A DNA stretch of 46,334 nucleotides from Candidatus Gottesmanbacteria bacterium. Its GTDB lineage: Bacteria > Patescibacteriota > Microgenomatia > UBA10105 > UBA927. Under the pieces are notes generated by a model, which saw nothing but the letters and a program-made list of their open reading frames with translations, did not search any database and was not told the origin of the DNA. The stretch lies in contig CAIJMI010000002.1 of the NCBI GenBank assembly GCA_903821745.1, positions 1 through 46,334 of the forward strand, written 5' to 3'. The translations under genes and the position numbers were made by a program. Positions 36,510 to 45,072 of this stretch are shown here, piece after piece. Position 1 is the first letter of the stretch, and each line of letters begins with the position of its first letter.

Positions 36510-36893
36510 ATGAAATTGTTTGTAGGAAGTTTATCATATAGTACAACAGATCAAGCACTTCGGGATGCATTTGCTCAGGCAGGAACAGTTGTTTCTGCAA
36601 CGATCATCATGGATAAATTCTCAGGACGATCCAAGGGATTTGGATTTGTTGAGATGAGTTCAGATGAGGAAGCAAAGAAAGCAATTGAACTCTTGAACGG
36701 CAAAGAACTTGACGGACGAACCTTAATCGTTAACGAAGCACGCCCAATGGTTCCACGAGAACAACGCCCAGGTGGTGGATTCGGTGGTGGACGTGGTGGA
36801 TTCGGTGGAGGACACGGTGGATTCGGTGGCGGACACGGTGGCCGAGGTGGCGATCGTGGCGGACGCGATGATCGTGGCGGACGCGATTGGTAA
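36510..36893 (+). CDS. RRM-domain RNA-binding protein with Gly/Arg-rich tail
   Basis: RNP2 LFVGSL and RNP1 KGFGFVEM; LIVNEARP. Confidence 0.95.
   Translation: MKLFVGSLSYSTTDQALRDAFAQAGTVVSATIIMDKFSGRSKGFGFVEMSSDEEAKKAIELLNGKELDGRTLIVNEARPMVPREQRPGGGFGGGRGGFGGGHGGFGGGHGGRGGDRGGRDDRGGRDW
36774..36887 (+). repeat. Coding tandem repeats in the RRM protein tail
   Basis: 3 x 21 nt GGTGGATTCGGTGGNGGACRY (36774-36836) and 2 x 18 nt GATCGTGGCGGACGCGAT (36852-36887). Confidence 0.85.
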
Positions 36894-36938
36894 GAGATTT
36901 TCTCTTACTGTAAATAAAAATAGGTACATGGGTAGTGT

Positions 36939-37112
36939 ATGAAAAAACCAATACTACTTATTTTGATAGGTGCAATGATATTGGCGGCTATCATAATTGG
37001 TTTTTTGTTTTTGCGAGGAAATGAGGATGATTGGATATGTGTGCAAGGAAAGTGGGTAGCACATGGTCATCCTTCTTCGGCTCAACCCACATTAGGATGT
37101 GCGGAAGAGTAA
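36939..37112 (+). CDS. 57-aa membrane-anchored microprotein with two Cys (absent from ORF track)
   Basis: MKKPILLILIGAMILAAIIIGFLFLRGNEDDWICVQGKWVAHGHPSSAQPTLGCAEE; similar to the next ORF. Confidence 0.8.
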   Translation: MKKPILLILIGAMILAAIIIGFLFLRGNEDDWICVQGKWVAHGHPSSAQPTLGCAEE

Positions 37113-37160
37113 ACGACCATATTTGTTGACAAAAACTACACTACCCATTGCCGAACTATT

Positions 37161-37364
37161 ATGCAAAGAGCTATTCTTCTCATTTTTGGTGCAGCCCTCG
37201 CAGTTGGACTATTTGTTGTTGCTACACGTTCCATGAATGGTCAAGACACGTGGGTTTGTGAGGATGGTCAATTAGTTCAAAAAGGGAAACCGTTGTTTCC
37301 AAAACCCACATATGTTTGTCCGACCATAACACCCACATTAATTCTTGTGCCCGCACAAAAATAA
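37161..37364 (+). CDS. 67-aa membrane-anchored microprotein, paralog of 36939..37112
   Basis: TM, then GQDTWVCEDGQLVQKGKPLFPKPTYVC. Confidence 0.78.
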   Translation: MQRAILLIFGAALAVGLFVVATRSMNGQDTWVCEDGQLVQKGKPLFPKPTYVCPTITPTLILVPAQK

Positions 37365-37366
37365 AC

Positions 37367-38371
37367 ATGATTGAGAATTTCGTTCATATCCATTCCCTTC
37401 CTTCATACCGGGTAAAACAATTTAATGTCGCCTATTACCAGGAGCTTATTGGTTCATATGATGATCTTTTGACGTGGCCTAAAGATTTGCGACTGCAACT
37501 TCAGAAAGCATTGCGATTTACATCACTTCGTGAAATAAAACGGGCTGTCTCTTTGCATCATGATACAGAAAAAATATTATTTGAACGGATTTCAGACAAC
37601 AAACGGTTTGAAACAGTACTCATGCGTCATGCTGATGGAAGAAATACGGTGTGTGTGAGTTGTATGATCGGGTGTCCCGTTGGGTGCATTTTTTGTGCCA
37701 CAGGGCGAATGGGATTTCAAGGGAATCTCACAGCAGAAGAAATCGTTGATCAAGTTTTGTTTTTTTCACGGGTATTAAAGAAAGAAAAACAAACCGTTAC
37801 CAATATTGTCTTTATGGGTATGGGAGAACCATTATTGAATTTAAATAATGTCCTGGATGCAATATCTATATTCACAGATCCAAAAAAAATGGGAATGAGT
37901 GAACGGCGGATAACCGTTTCAACGTCAGGACATACGGATAATTTAAAAAAATTATTAGTTCATGGATATGCGGGACGATTGGCATTAAGTCTTCATGCTC
38001 CAAATCAAAAACTTCGAGAACAGTTAATGCCGATCGCAAAAAAATTTCCTCTAGATGATCTCCTGGGAGTATTGCAATCGCATGCAGAAAAAACAAATAA
38101 ACGGGTGAGTTTTGAATACACCCTTATCAATGGCGTGAACGATACGCGAAAGAATGCAGAAGAACTTGCATCTCTCCTTCGTCATCGGTTAACGCACGTT
38201 AATCTTATTCCATTTAATCCGATTTTAGGTCTTTCATTGAAACGTTCAACAGTTGAAGCAATTCAAAATTTCTCACGGGTGCTAACAAATAAACATGTTC
38301 ATCATACGGTTCGGGTTACCATGGGAGATGATATTGCTGCTGCATGCGGACAGCTCGCAGGCAAGATATAA
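37367..38371 (+). CDS. rlmN: 23S rRNA/tRNA adenine C2-methyltransferase RlmN (radical SAM)
   Basis: CPVGCIFC, FMGMGEPLLN, LALSLHAPN, VNLIPFNP, DIAAACGQL; start set at ATG 37367. Confidence 0.93.
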   Translation: MIENFVHIHSLPSYRVKQFNVAYYQELIGSYDDLLTWPKDLRLQLQKALRFTSLREIKRAVSLHHDTEKILFERISDNKRFETVLMRHADGRNTVCVSCMIGCPVGCIFCATGRMGFQGNLTAEEIVDQVLFFSRVLKKEKQTVTNIVFMGMGEPLLNLNNVLDAISIFTDPKKMGMSERRITVSTSGHTDNLKKLLVHGYAGRLALSLHAPNQKLREQLMPIAKKFPLDDLLGVLQSHAEKTNKRVSFEYTLINGVNDTRKNAEELASLLRHRLTHVNLIPFNPILGLSLKRSTVEAIQNFSRVLTNKHVHHTVRVTMGDDIAAACGQLAGKI

Positions 38372-38378
38372 TATAATT

Positions 38379-38693
38379 ATGACCGATTTAAAAATACTGC
38401 AGGAACGAGTAAAAAAATTTCATAAGGAACGGTTCTGGTCGCATCATCCGAAAGAAATTGCAATTGACGTTGTACTGGAAGCAGCTGAACTTTTGGAACA
38501 TTTTAAATGGAGAAATGGTGCGACCCTCGATCAATATATCAAAGAACATGAAGAAGATATTAAAGATGAATTATCTGATGTACTTCATGCCATCTTGTTG
38601 CTTGCTCAGGAACTGCATATTGATATCATGAATGCATTTGAAAAGAAAATGAAAAAGAATGAAATAAAATATCCGGTACTAAAAAAAGTTTAA
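38379..38693 (+). CDS. MazG-like nucleotide pyrophosphohydrolase
   Basis: HHPKEIAIDVVLEAAELLEHFKW...DELSDV...KMKKNEIKYP; start set at ATG 38379. Confidence 0.88.
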   Translation: MTDLKILQERVKKFHKERFWSHHPKEIAIDVVLEAAELLEHFKWRNGATLDQYIKEHEEDIKDELSDVLHAILLLAQELHIDIMNAFEKKMKKNEIKYPVLKKV

Positions 38694-38700
38694 GTAAAAT

Positions 38701-38913
38701 ATGGCGATTCCTGAAGGGGAACGAGTACGGCTTTCTGAACAACTATTTACGTTAGTATGTCCTCAATGTAAAACGCCTATCCAAACGGAATATTCCAAGT
38801 GGGATATACAGCTGTTATCAGAACACGCTAGTGAGGGCGTAGACATATCGTGTAACCATTGTTCACAAGATTTTATTTATACGCCGTCCTCTCACAGTGT
38901 GACGAAAAAATAA
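38701..38913 (+). CDS. Small putative Zn-ribbon protein
   Basis: CPQC...CNHC pairs in 70 aa; 7 nt after the MazG-like gene. Confidence 0.6.
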   Translation: MAIPEGERVRLSEQLFTLVCPQCKTPIQTEYSKWDIQLLSEHASEGVDISCNHCSQDFIYTPSSHSVTKK

Positions 38914-38981
38914 AACCAAAGCTTTAGAAGAAGAAAAGGAAAAGAAGCGTGGAAGATTGTGTTACTATAATGAAATAAATT

Positions 38982-39947
38982 ATGAAACAACTTTTAGTAT
39001 ATCTGCTACGCATTTTGTTCTCCTGCGTTGTGGTTTTAGCAGCAATATATGTGTTGTTTGGGCCCGTGGGGAACAGTGCTGAAATTGTGGTTATTACCAT
39101 TCCTCAGAATATCGAGCATTTTGATATAACAGACGCGCTTGAAAAAGAACATCTTATTAAAAATAGATGGTTGTTTAGTTTTTTTATAATAGGAAAAACG
39201 ATTGAGCCGGGCGGATATCGATTAACAAATTCCATGTGGATGTGGACGATTGCAAAAAAAGTTATGGGAAAACCAGATCTGGTATGGATTACAACGAACG
39301 GTTGTTTACGTCGGGAACAGATTGGAGAAATGATCGGAAAAAAATTAGGATGGAATCAAACCAATCTTGATGCATGGAACAACGTATATAAAAATATGCA
39401 GCCTGAGTATATTGAAGGAGTATATTATCCAGACACCTATTTAATTCCAACAGATGAAACAGGAGCACAGGTGGCACAAAGGTTTATAAATCACTTTAAC
39501 GAAGTGTTTACCCCTTATGCGCAAAAATTTCAGGATGCAAATGTTCGTTGGGTAACAGCACTAAAAATCGCTTCTCTTATTGAACGAGAGGCGGGAGGGG
39601 TGTCAGATATGCCATTGATTGCAGGTATTATCTGGAATCGGTTAGATAAAAATATGTTATTGCAGATTGATGCGACTTTACAATATACCCATGGTAAAAA
39701 TGTTGATGGAAGTTGGTGGGGATCCATTGATCTTTCAGAAAAGAAAAGTGATTCGCCATATAATTCATATTTTGTAAAAGGATTACCGCCGACCCCAATT
39801 TGTAGTCCAGGAATTACGTCAATTGCTGCAGTATTAAATCCTGAACAAACTGATTGTTTATTTTATCTTCATGACAGAAGCGGAAGAATTCATTGTGCAG
39901 TGACATACGAAGAACATAACATAAATATTGAAAAATATTTGAAATAA
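38982..39947 (+). CDS. mltG: Endolytic transglycosylase MltG (copy 2)
   Basis: EGVYYPDTY, ASLIEREA, LQIDATLQY, SPYNSYFVKGLPPTPICSPG. Confidence 0.92.
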   Translation: MKQLLVYLLRILFSCVVVLAAIYVLFGPVGNSAEIVVITIPQNIEHFDITDALEKEHLIKNRWLFSFFIIGKTIEPGGYRLTNSMWMWTIAKKVMGKPDLVWITTNGCLRREQIGEMIGKKLGWNQTNLDAWNNVYKNMQPEYIEGVYYPDTYLIPTDETGAQVAQRFINHFNEVFTPYAQKFQDANVRWVTALKIASLIEREAGGVSDMPLIAGIIWNRLDKNMLLQIDATLQYTHGKNVDGSWWGSIDLSEKKSDSPYNSYFVKGLPPTPICSPGITSIAAVLNPEQTDCLFYLHDRSGRIHCAVTYEEHNINIEKYLK

Positions 39948-39963
39948 TCGACTCAACAAAAAG

Positions 39964-40302
39964 TTAGGTGATTTTTTCCACAATTTTGTCGCTGAGTTTG
40001 TACAACCGCTGGACTCCATTTTCAAGTTTAAAATAATGAACAATATACGCAATAGAAAGAATTAATAAAACGAACGTGAGAATCAAAAATACCAGCATGT
40101 TAATTGCAAAGGTGAAGAAAAAAGAAAGAAGTGTTGCAATGATGGTCGTAATCATAACAAGAAGATGAACCAGTCGTTCATGTTGAAAATAGTGAAGCTT
40201 TCGTTCGTGCATGTCTGTGATTTGTTTCCAATCTGTTTGTTCGTCATTTTTTTTAAGGAGTTCCAGAATCATTGTTTCATGTGCTTGGAGATATGTGATC
40301 AT
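39964..40302 (-). CDS. Hypothetical two-TM membrane protein
   Basis: FQHERLVHLLV, two hydrophobic helices, HYFKLENGVQRLY; start set at ATG 40302, 6 nt after TATAGT. Confidence 0.7.
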   Translation of the reverse strand: MITYLQAHETMILELLKKNDEQTDWKQITDMHERKLHYFQHERLVHLLVMITTIIATLLSFFFTFAINMLVFLILTFVLLILSIAYIVHYFKLENGVQRLYKLSDKIVEKIT

Positions 40303-40356
40303 ATGTTTACTATACTCCAACTCTCGTTGCATACGCTATACTGATAGGTATTAGGT

Positions 40357-40569
40357 ATGCGGCATAAAGAAGTACAGCAATTGATGGAAGAATTACAAAG
40401 GGTATATGATCCTGCGACGAAAGAACGATATAACAAAACACATAAACCTCTTTTTTCTAAGAAATCAGAAGAAAAAAAGAAAGATTCACCTGTTTCATTA
40501 AATGGATCTATCCCTGCAACCATCGCACAAATTAGGCAAGTTTTATATAAGAGGGAAGATGATATATAA
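40357..40569 (+). CDS. Hypothetical protein
   Basis: 70-aa ORF with upstream TATACT (40337-40342); no motif. Confidence 0.5.
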   Translation: MRHKEVQQLMEELQRVYDPATKERYNKTHKPLFSKKSEEKKKDSPVSLNGSIPATIAQIRQVLYKREDDI

Positions 40570-40577
40570 TAAACGCT

Positions 40578-40775
40578 ATGGAAACAGATGGAGTAGAAAA
40601 TAGTTTTCTTGGGGGCTTACTGAAAAAATTAGCGTCCGTTCAACAAGTTGAAGTAGAGACTGGAAAATCAACGAAACCACTACAAGATGAAGTGTGGCGG
40701 CAAATTCATCAGGTAATGGGAAAGGGAACAATACTTGAAGGACAGGGTGTGACGAAATCCGGTGGAGATGATTAA
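40578..40775 (+). CDS. Hypothetical protein
   Basis: 65-aa ORF; TATAAT (40565-40570) 7 nt before ATG. Confidence 0.5.
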   Translation: METDGVENSFLGGLLKKLASVQQVEVETGKSTKPLQDEVWRQIHQVMGKGTILEGQGVTKSGGDD

Positions 40776-40778
40776 TCA

Positions 40779-41531
40779 TTAAATTTTTCGTGAAAGATTG
40801 TTAGGAGTTGGTATTCCTTTATATACACCATGATATTGCTCTGGAAGCATATCTCGGATAGTAAGCATAATTTGATTCATACCCGGTTCGAGAGTTTCCT
40901 GAAATTGTTTTGATGTAGGTGGTTCTATTTCAAATGGGGGTGCAATGGAAACATGAATTTTTGAACGAGTGAATGCAAGGCGTTCTCCAAGTGATGTAGA
41001 TTTGTCTTCGAGACGGGAAAAAATATTTTCTGTTCCCCAAATAGCCCAAGGACTTATCTTGACGGGTTTTTCCATGACCATGGCAGCCCGTTTCGCCATA
41101 AACATGGTTCCTGAAAGTGCTGGTTTGAGCTCATGTTGTTCTTGATATGTCTTTCCACGGGTTCCTTCTGGAAATACGATGAGGATATTATTTTCTTTTA
41201 ATGCATCAACACATAAATTCATGGCTTCACGATCCGATGTTTCTCGTTGAATTCCAATACTATGAAATGCTTTAGCAAACATTCCGAGAAAATTATTATG
41301 CATCGTCTCTGATTTAATAACAGGAATGGGCTGTTTTGGAACAATAAGCATTGGTGGTAATATTTCTGCCCACCCCATATGGTTAATGACAATGATTGCT
41401 GGTCCATCATTGGGGATATATTCTTTCCCTTCAACTTCCATGCCTCGCGAAAGAACGGTGGGTAATAAAAATTCAACACAACCGCGTGTGCCTGTCGCAA
41501 GAATTGGTCTGGGAGATTCTAAAGAGTTCAT
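40779..41531 (-). CDS. Lysophospholipid acyltransferase family protein (PlsC-like)
   Basis: VEGKEYIPNDGPAIIVINH, IVFPEGTRG; start set at ATG 41531 because the ORF-track TTG start is the -35 box. Confidence 0.85.
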   Translation of the reverse strand: MNSLESPRPILATGTRGCVEFLLPTVLSRGMEVEGKEYIPNDGPAIIVINHMGWAEILPPMLIVPKQPIPVIKSETMHNNFLGMFAKAFHSIGIQRETSDREAMNLCVDALKENNILIVFPEGTRGKTYQEQHELKPALSGTMFMAKRAAMVMEKPVKISPWAIWGTENIFSRLEDKSTSLGERLAFTRSKIHVSIAPPFEIEPPTSKQFQETLEPGMNQIMLTIRDMLPEQYHGVYKGIPTPNNLSRKI

Positions 41532-41544
41532 TGTGAATTTGCTT

Positions 41545-41573
41545 ATTCTAAAACGCTGCGTTTTAAGAGTCAA
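41545..41573 (-). promoter_or_regulatory. plsC-like promoter containing a 17-bp palindrome
   Basis: Minus: TTGACT, 17 nt, TAGAAT; TAAAACGC-T-GCGTTTTA at 41549-41565. Confidence 0.7.
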
Positions 41574-41585
41574 TAATCTTATGGG

Positions 41586-41613
41586 TTGACAATAGGGATA
41601 TTTAAGGTATAAT
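41586..41613 (+). promoter_or_regulatory. rpoB promoter
   Basis: TTGACA (41586-41591), 16 nt, TATAAT (41608-41613). Confidence 0.8.
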
Positions 41614-41633
41614 TATCAGTAATTGAATAGCCC

Positions 41634-41678
41634 AAAGAGGCGAACGTTCATTGTTCGCTTCTTTCTTTTGCGTTTTTT
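41634..41678 (+). terminator. Terminator-like attenuator in the rpoB leader
   Basis: AAAGAGGCGAAC-7 nt-GTTCGCTTCTTT 12-bp stem (one G-U) followed by CTTTTGCGTTTTTT. Confidence 0.7.
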
Positions 41679-41704
41679 GAAGATTTTTTTGGAATTTATT
41701 CACA

Positions 41705-44700
41705 ATGTCTATAGATACGCACAGTCATCGATTATACTGGGGGAAGGAATACACAGACCTTCCTGAACTTGATCTTACCCTCGTGCAACGCGAATCCTAT
41801 CAATGGTTTTTAGAGGAAGGCGTTAAATCACTTCTAGCTGAAATTTCTCCTGTTCATGATTTTACCGGAAAAAACTGGGAATTATCCTTTGGTGACTATT
41901 TTTTTGGAAAACCAAGACTTACTCCAGCAACAGCAATTGAAAAAGGACTTACCTATGATATGCAACTCAAAGTCGTTGCATCCCTTACTAATAAACAAAC
42001 AGGACACCACGTGACACAGGAAGTGTTTTTAGGCGATATTCCAGCCATGACACAAAATGGGACTTTTATTATTAATGGAACAGAACGCTGTGTCGTGAAT
42101 CAGTTAGTACGTTCCCCAGGTATTTATTTCACCGGAGAAGTTGATCCGACAACAGGCCGGACATTATATAGTGCTGAAATCCGACCAATGCACGGATCAT
42201 GGCTTGAGATGTTCATTACACGAAACGATGTGTTGATGGTTCGTATTGACCGCCGACGGAAATTCGTTGCCAGCACATTCTTCCGCGCGCTTGGACTTTC
42301 CACAAATGAAGAAATCAAACAGGCATTTGCAGCCGTTGATGTGAATCCAGATCATCGATACATTGAAGCAACACTTGCAAAAGACTCAACAACCAATCAA
42401 AACGAAGCTATTCTTGAAATGTACCGAAAACTCCGACCTGGAGAACCAATTGTGCTTGATAACGCACGGGAATTGTTCCAGTCCATGTTTTTTGATCACC
42501 GAAGATATTCTCTTGAACGCGTCGGTCGGTACAAGATGAATAAAAAACTTCAAATTGATGTTCCAAACAACAAAGAAAATTGGGTGTTAACCAAAGAAGA
42601 TATTCTTGGTGGCATTAACTATTTAATTAATGTAGCCAATGGAAAAGGTGATGTTGACGATATTGATCATCTTGGAAACCGCCGTGTTCGACGGGTTGGT
42701 GAGCTTGTTGCAACTAATGCATTCCGTGTTGGGATGCTTCGTCTGGAACGGTCAATTCGTGAAAAGATGAGTTTGGCAGGACCACAAGCGGTTGATCTTC
42801 TTCCAACACAACTTGTGAATGCCCGTCCAATTATTGCAGCCGTGAATGATTTTTTCCGAACCAGTCAATTATCAACAATTCTTGATCAAACAAATCCACT
42901 CGCAGAAGTAGACAACCTTCGACGGTTTACCGTTATGGGTATCGGAGGAATTTCAAGAGAACGTGCATCCTTCTCTATTCGTGACATTAACGCATCACAA
43001 TATGGCCGTATTTGTCCAGTTCGAAGTCCAGAAGGACCAAACATTGGACTGGTTACCTACATGGCAATGTATGCACGGGTCAATGAATACGGATTTTTGG
43101 AAACACCATACCGACGAGTTGAAAAAATCACCGTTGGTGGAAAAACAAAAATGCATGTGACGGATGAAATGATCTATTTGGATGCAAATGATGAACAATA
43201 TCATTACATCACACATGCTGATATTGAACGGGATGATCAAGGAAATATCGTGCCAGAACGTGTTCCTATTCGCTACAAGGGAGAATTTTTAGAAGCTGAT
43301 AGTTCAGTTATAGAATATTTAGACATTGTTGCCAGGCAAGTTGTTGGAGCACCGGCTTCCATGATTCCATTTTTGGCACATGACGAAGCAAATCGGGCGC
43401 TTATGGGTACGCACATGCAATGCCAAGCAGTACCGCTTTTGCAGCCACAATCACCAATTATCGGAACCGGTATGGAACATGCAATCGCCGCATCTATGGG
43501 ACGGATGATCGAAGCAAAAGATGATGGAATTGTCTCATACGCAGATGCAATTGTTGTCAAAGTGAAATACAAAAATGGAGATGAAGATACGTACGGACTG
43601 GAAAAATTCAAACGATCTGCACAATCAACCTGTTACAACCAACATGTTGTTGTAACAACTGGACAAAAAGTAAAACAAGGCGATGTGTTAATTGAAGGAC
43701 CAGCAACAGATCAGGGAGAACTTGCTCTTGGATCAAACGTTGTTGTTGCCTACATGTCATTTGATGGTCTTGGATACGAAGACGCTATCGTTATCTCTGA
43801 CAGACTGGTTAAAGACGACGTCTTAACATCCGTCAATATTGAAGAATACGAAGCCTCTGTTGTTGATACCAAACTTGGTCCTGAAGAAACAACCCGTGAT
43901 ATTCCAAATGTGGGTGAAGAAGCACTCCGAAACTTGGATAAAGACGGAATCGTTGTTGTTGGTGCAGAAGTATCACCAAATGATATTTTGGTTGGAAAAA
44001 TTGCTCCAAAAGGCGAAACAGAATTAACAGCAGAAGAGCGATTGCTTCGGGCAATATTTGGAGAAAAAGCCCGTGAAGTTCGCGATACATCACTTCGAGT
44101 ACCACACGGAGAACGCGGAACGGTTGTTGATGTCCGAATTTTAGACAAAGAGCAGGGCGATGAACTGGAACCGGGAACAAACAGAAAAATTATTGTCAAA
44201 GTTGCGCAAATGCGTAAAGTCGTTGTTGGAGACAAACTTGCAGGACGACACGGAAACAAAGGAGTCATCTCAAAGATTCTTCCAGCAGCGGACATGCCAT
44301 ACATGGCAGATGGAACCGTGGTTGATTTGTTAATTTCTCCACTTTCCGTTTTGTCCCGTATGAACTTAGGTCAACTTCTTGAAACCCATCTTGGACTTGC
44401 TGCAAAGAAATTGAATGTAAAAATTGCAGTGCCAGTGTTTGAAAAAGTCAAAGAACAACGATTGACCGATAAAATTCAAGAATCAGGTCTTCCATTATCT
44501 GGAAAAACAAAATTATTTGACGGAAGAACCGGACGGGCATTCTCAGAAGAGATCGTTGTGGGAATCGGATTCATGATGAAGTTGATTCACATGGTCGAAG
44601 ATAAAACACATGCTCGTTCAACCGGACCATACTCGCTCGTGACACAACAGCCACTTGGAGGAAAAGCACAAATGGGAGGACAACGGCTTGGAGAAATGGA

Positions 44701-45070
44701 AGTATGGGCACTAGAAGCACATCGTTCCGCCCACGTGTTACAAGAAATGTTGACCATTAAATCAGATGATGTGGTCGGCCGTGCAAAAGCATTTGAATCT
44801 ATCGTTAAAGGCATTGATATTCCAGCATCTAATGTTCCAGAGTCATTCAAAGTATTAGTGAAAGAATTACAAGCACTCGGACTTTCCGTTAAACCAACCG
44901 GTGCAGTGACAGCAAAACAATTAATGACAGATGAAATAAAAGCAGAGGTAGTTCTTGAAGCAAAAGATTTAGCGGAAGTATCAGGAGCGGAACTTATTGA
45001 TGAAGCAGTTGAAACACCAGAAAAAAAGATTGAAGAAGCAGTGGTAGAAGAAATTAGTAAAACGGAGTAA
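41705..45070 (+). CDS. rpoB: RNA polymerase beta subunit
   Basis: [59 protein letters not shown]. Confidence 0.99.
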   Translation: MSIDTHSHRLYWGKEYTDLPELDLTLVQRESYQWFLEEGVKSLLAEISPVHDFTGKNWELSFGDYFFGKPRLTPATAIEKGLTYDMQLKVVASLTNKQTGHHVTQEVFLGDIPAMTQNGTFIINGTERCVVNQLVRSPGIYFTGEVDPTTGRTLYSAEIRPMHGSWLEMFITRNDVLMVRIDRRRKFVASTFFRALGLSTNEEIKQAFAAVDVNPDHRYIEATLAKDSTTNQNEAILEMYRKLRPGEPIVLDNARELFQSMFFDHRRYSLERVGRYKMNKKLQIDVPNNKENWVLTKEDILGGINYLINVANGKGDVDDIDHLGNRRVRRVGELVATNAFRVGMLRLERSIREKMSLAGPQAVDLLPTQLVNARPIIAAVNDFFRTSQLSTILDQTNPLAEVDNLRRFTVMGIGGISRERASFSIRDINASQYGRICPVRSPEGPNIGLVTYMAMYARVNEYGFLETPYRRVEKITVGGKTKMHVTDEMIYLDANDEQYHYITHADIERDDQGNIVPERVPIRYKGEFLEADSSVIEYLDIVARQVVGAPASMIPFLAHDEANRALMGTHMQCQAVPLLQPQSPIIGTGMEHAIAASMGRMIEAKDDGIVSYADAIVVKVKYKNGDEDTYGLEKFKRSAQSTCYNQHVVVTTGQKVKQGDVLIEGPATDQGELALGSNVVVAYMSFDGLGYEDAIVISDRLVKDDVLTSVNIEEYEASVVDTKLGPEETTRDIPNVGEEALRNLDKDGIVVVGAEVSPNDILVGKIAPKGETELTAEERLLRAIFGEKAREVRDTSLRVPHGERGTVVDVRILDKEQGDELEPGTNRKIIVKVAQMRKVVVGDKLAGRHGNKGVISKILPAADMPYMADGTVVDLLISPLSVLSRMNLGQLLETHLGLAAKKLNVKIAVPVFEKVKEQRLTDKIQESGLPLSGKTKLFDGRTGRAFSEEIVVGIGFMMKLIHMVEDKTHARSTGPYSLVTQQPLGGKAQMGGQRLGEMEVWALEAHRSAHVLQEMLTIKSDDVVGRAKAFESIVKGIDIPASNVPESFKVLVKELQALGLSVKPTGAVTAKQLMTDEIKAEVVLEAKDLAEVSGAELIDEAVETPEKKIEEAVVEEISKTE

Positions 45071-45072
45071 TT

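Noticed and set aside
36090-36890. GGT/GGC-rich repeats as a possible CRISPR array or VNTR
   Set aside because: They are in-frame Gly-rich coding tails with no unique spacers and no cas genes.
37367-38371. Cfr-type resistance methyltransferase
   Set aside because: MGMGEP and the overall motif pattern fit housekeeping RlmN; no mobile context.
41529-41707. 10-bp inverted repeat ATTCACAATG at both the plsC-like and rpoB starts, as possible invertible-segment ends
   Set aside because: Short, includes the ATG itself, and no recombinase is nearby; more likely similar start contexts or chance.
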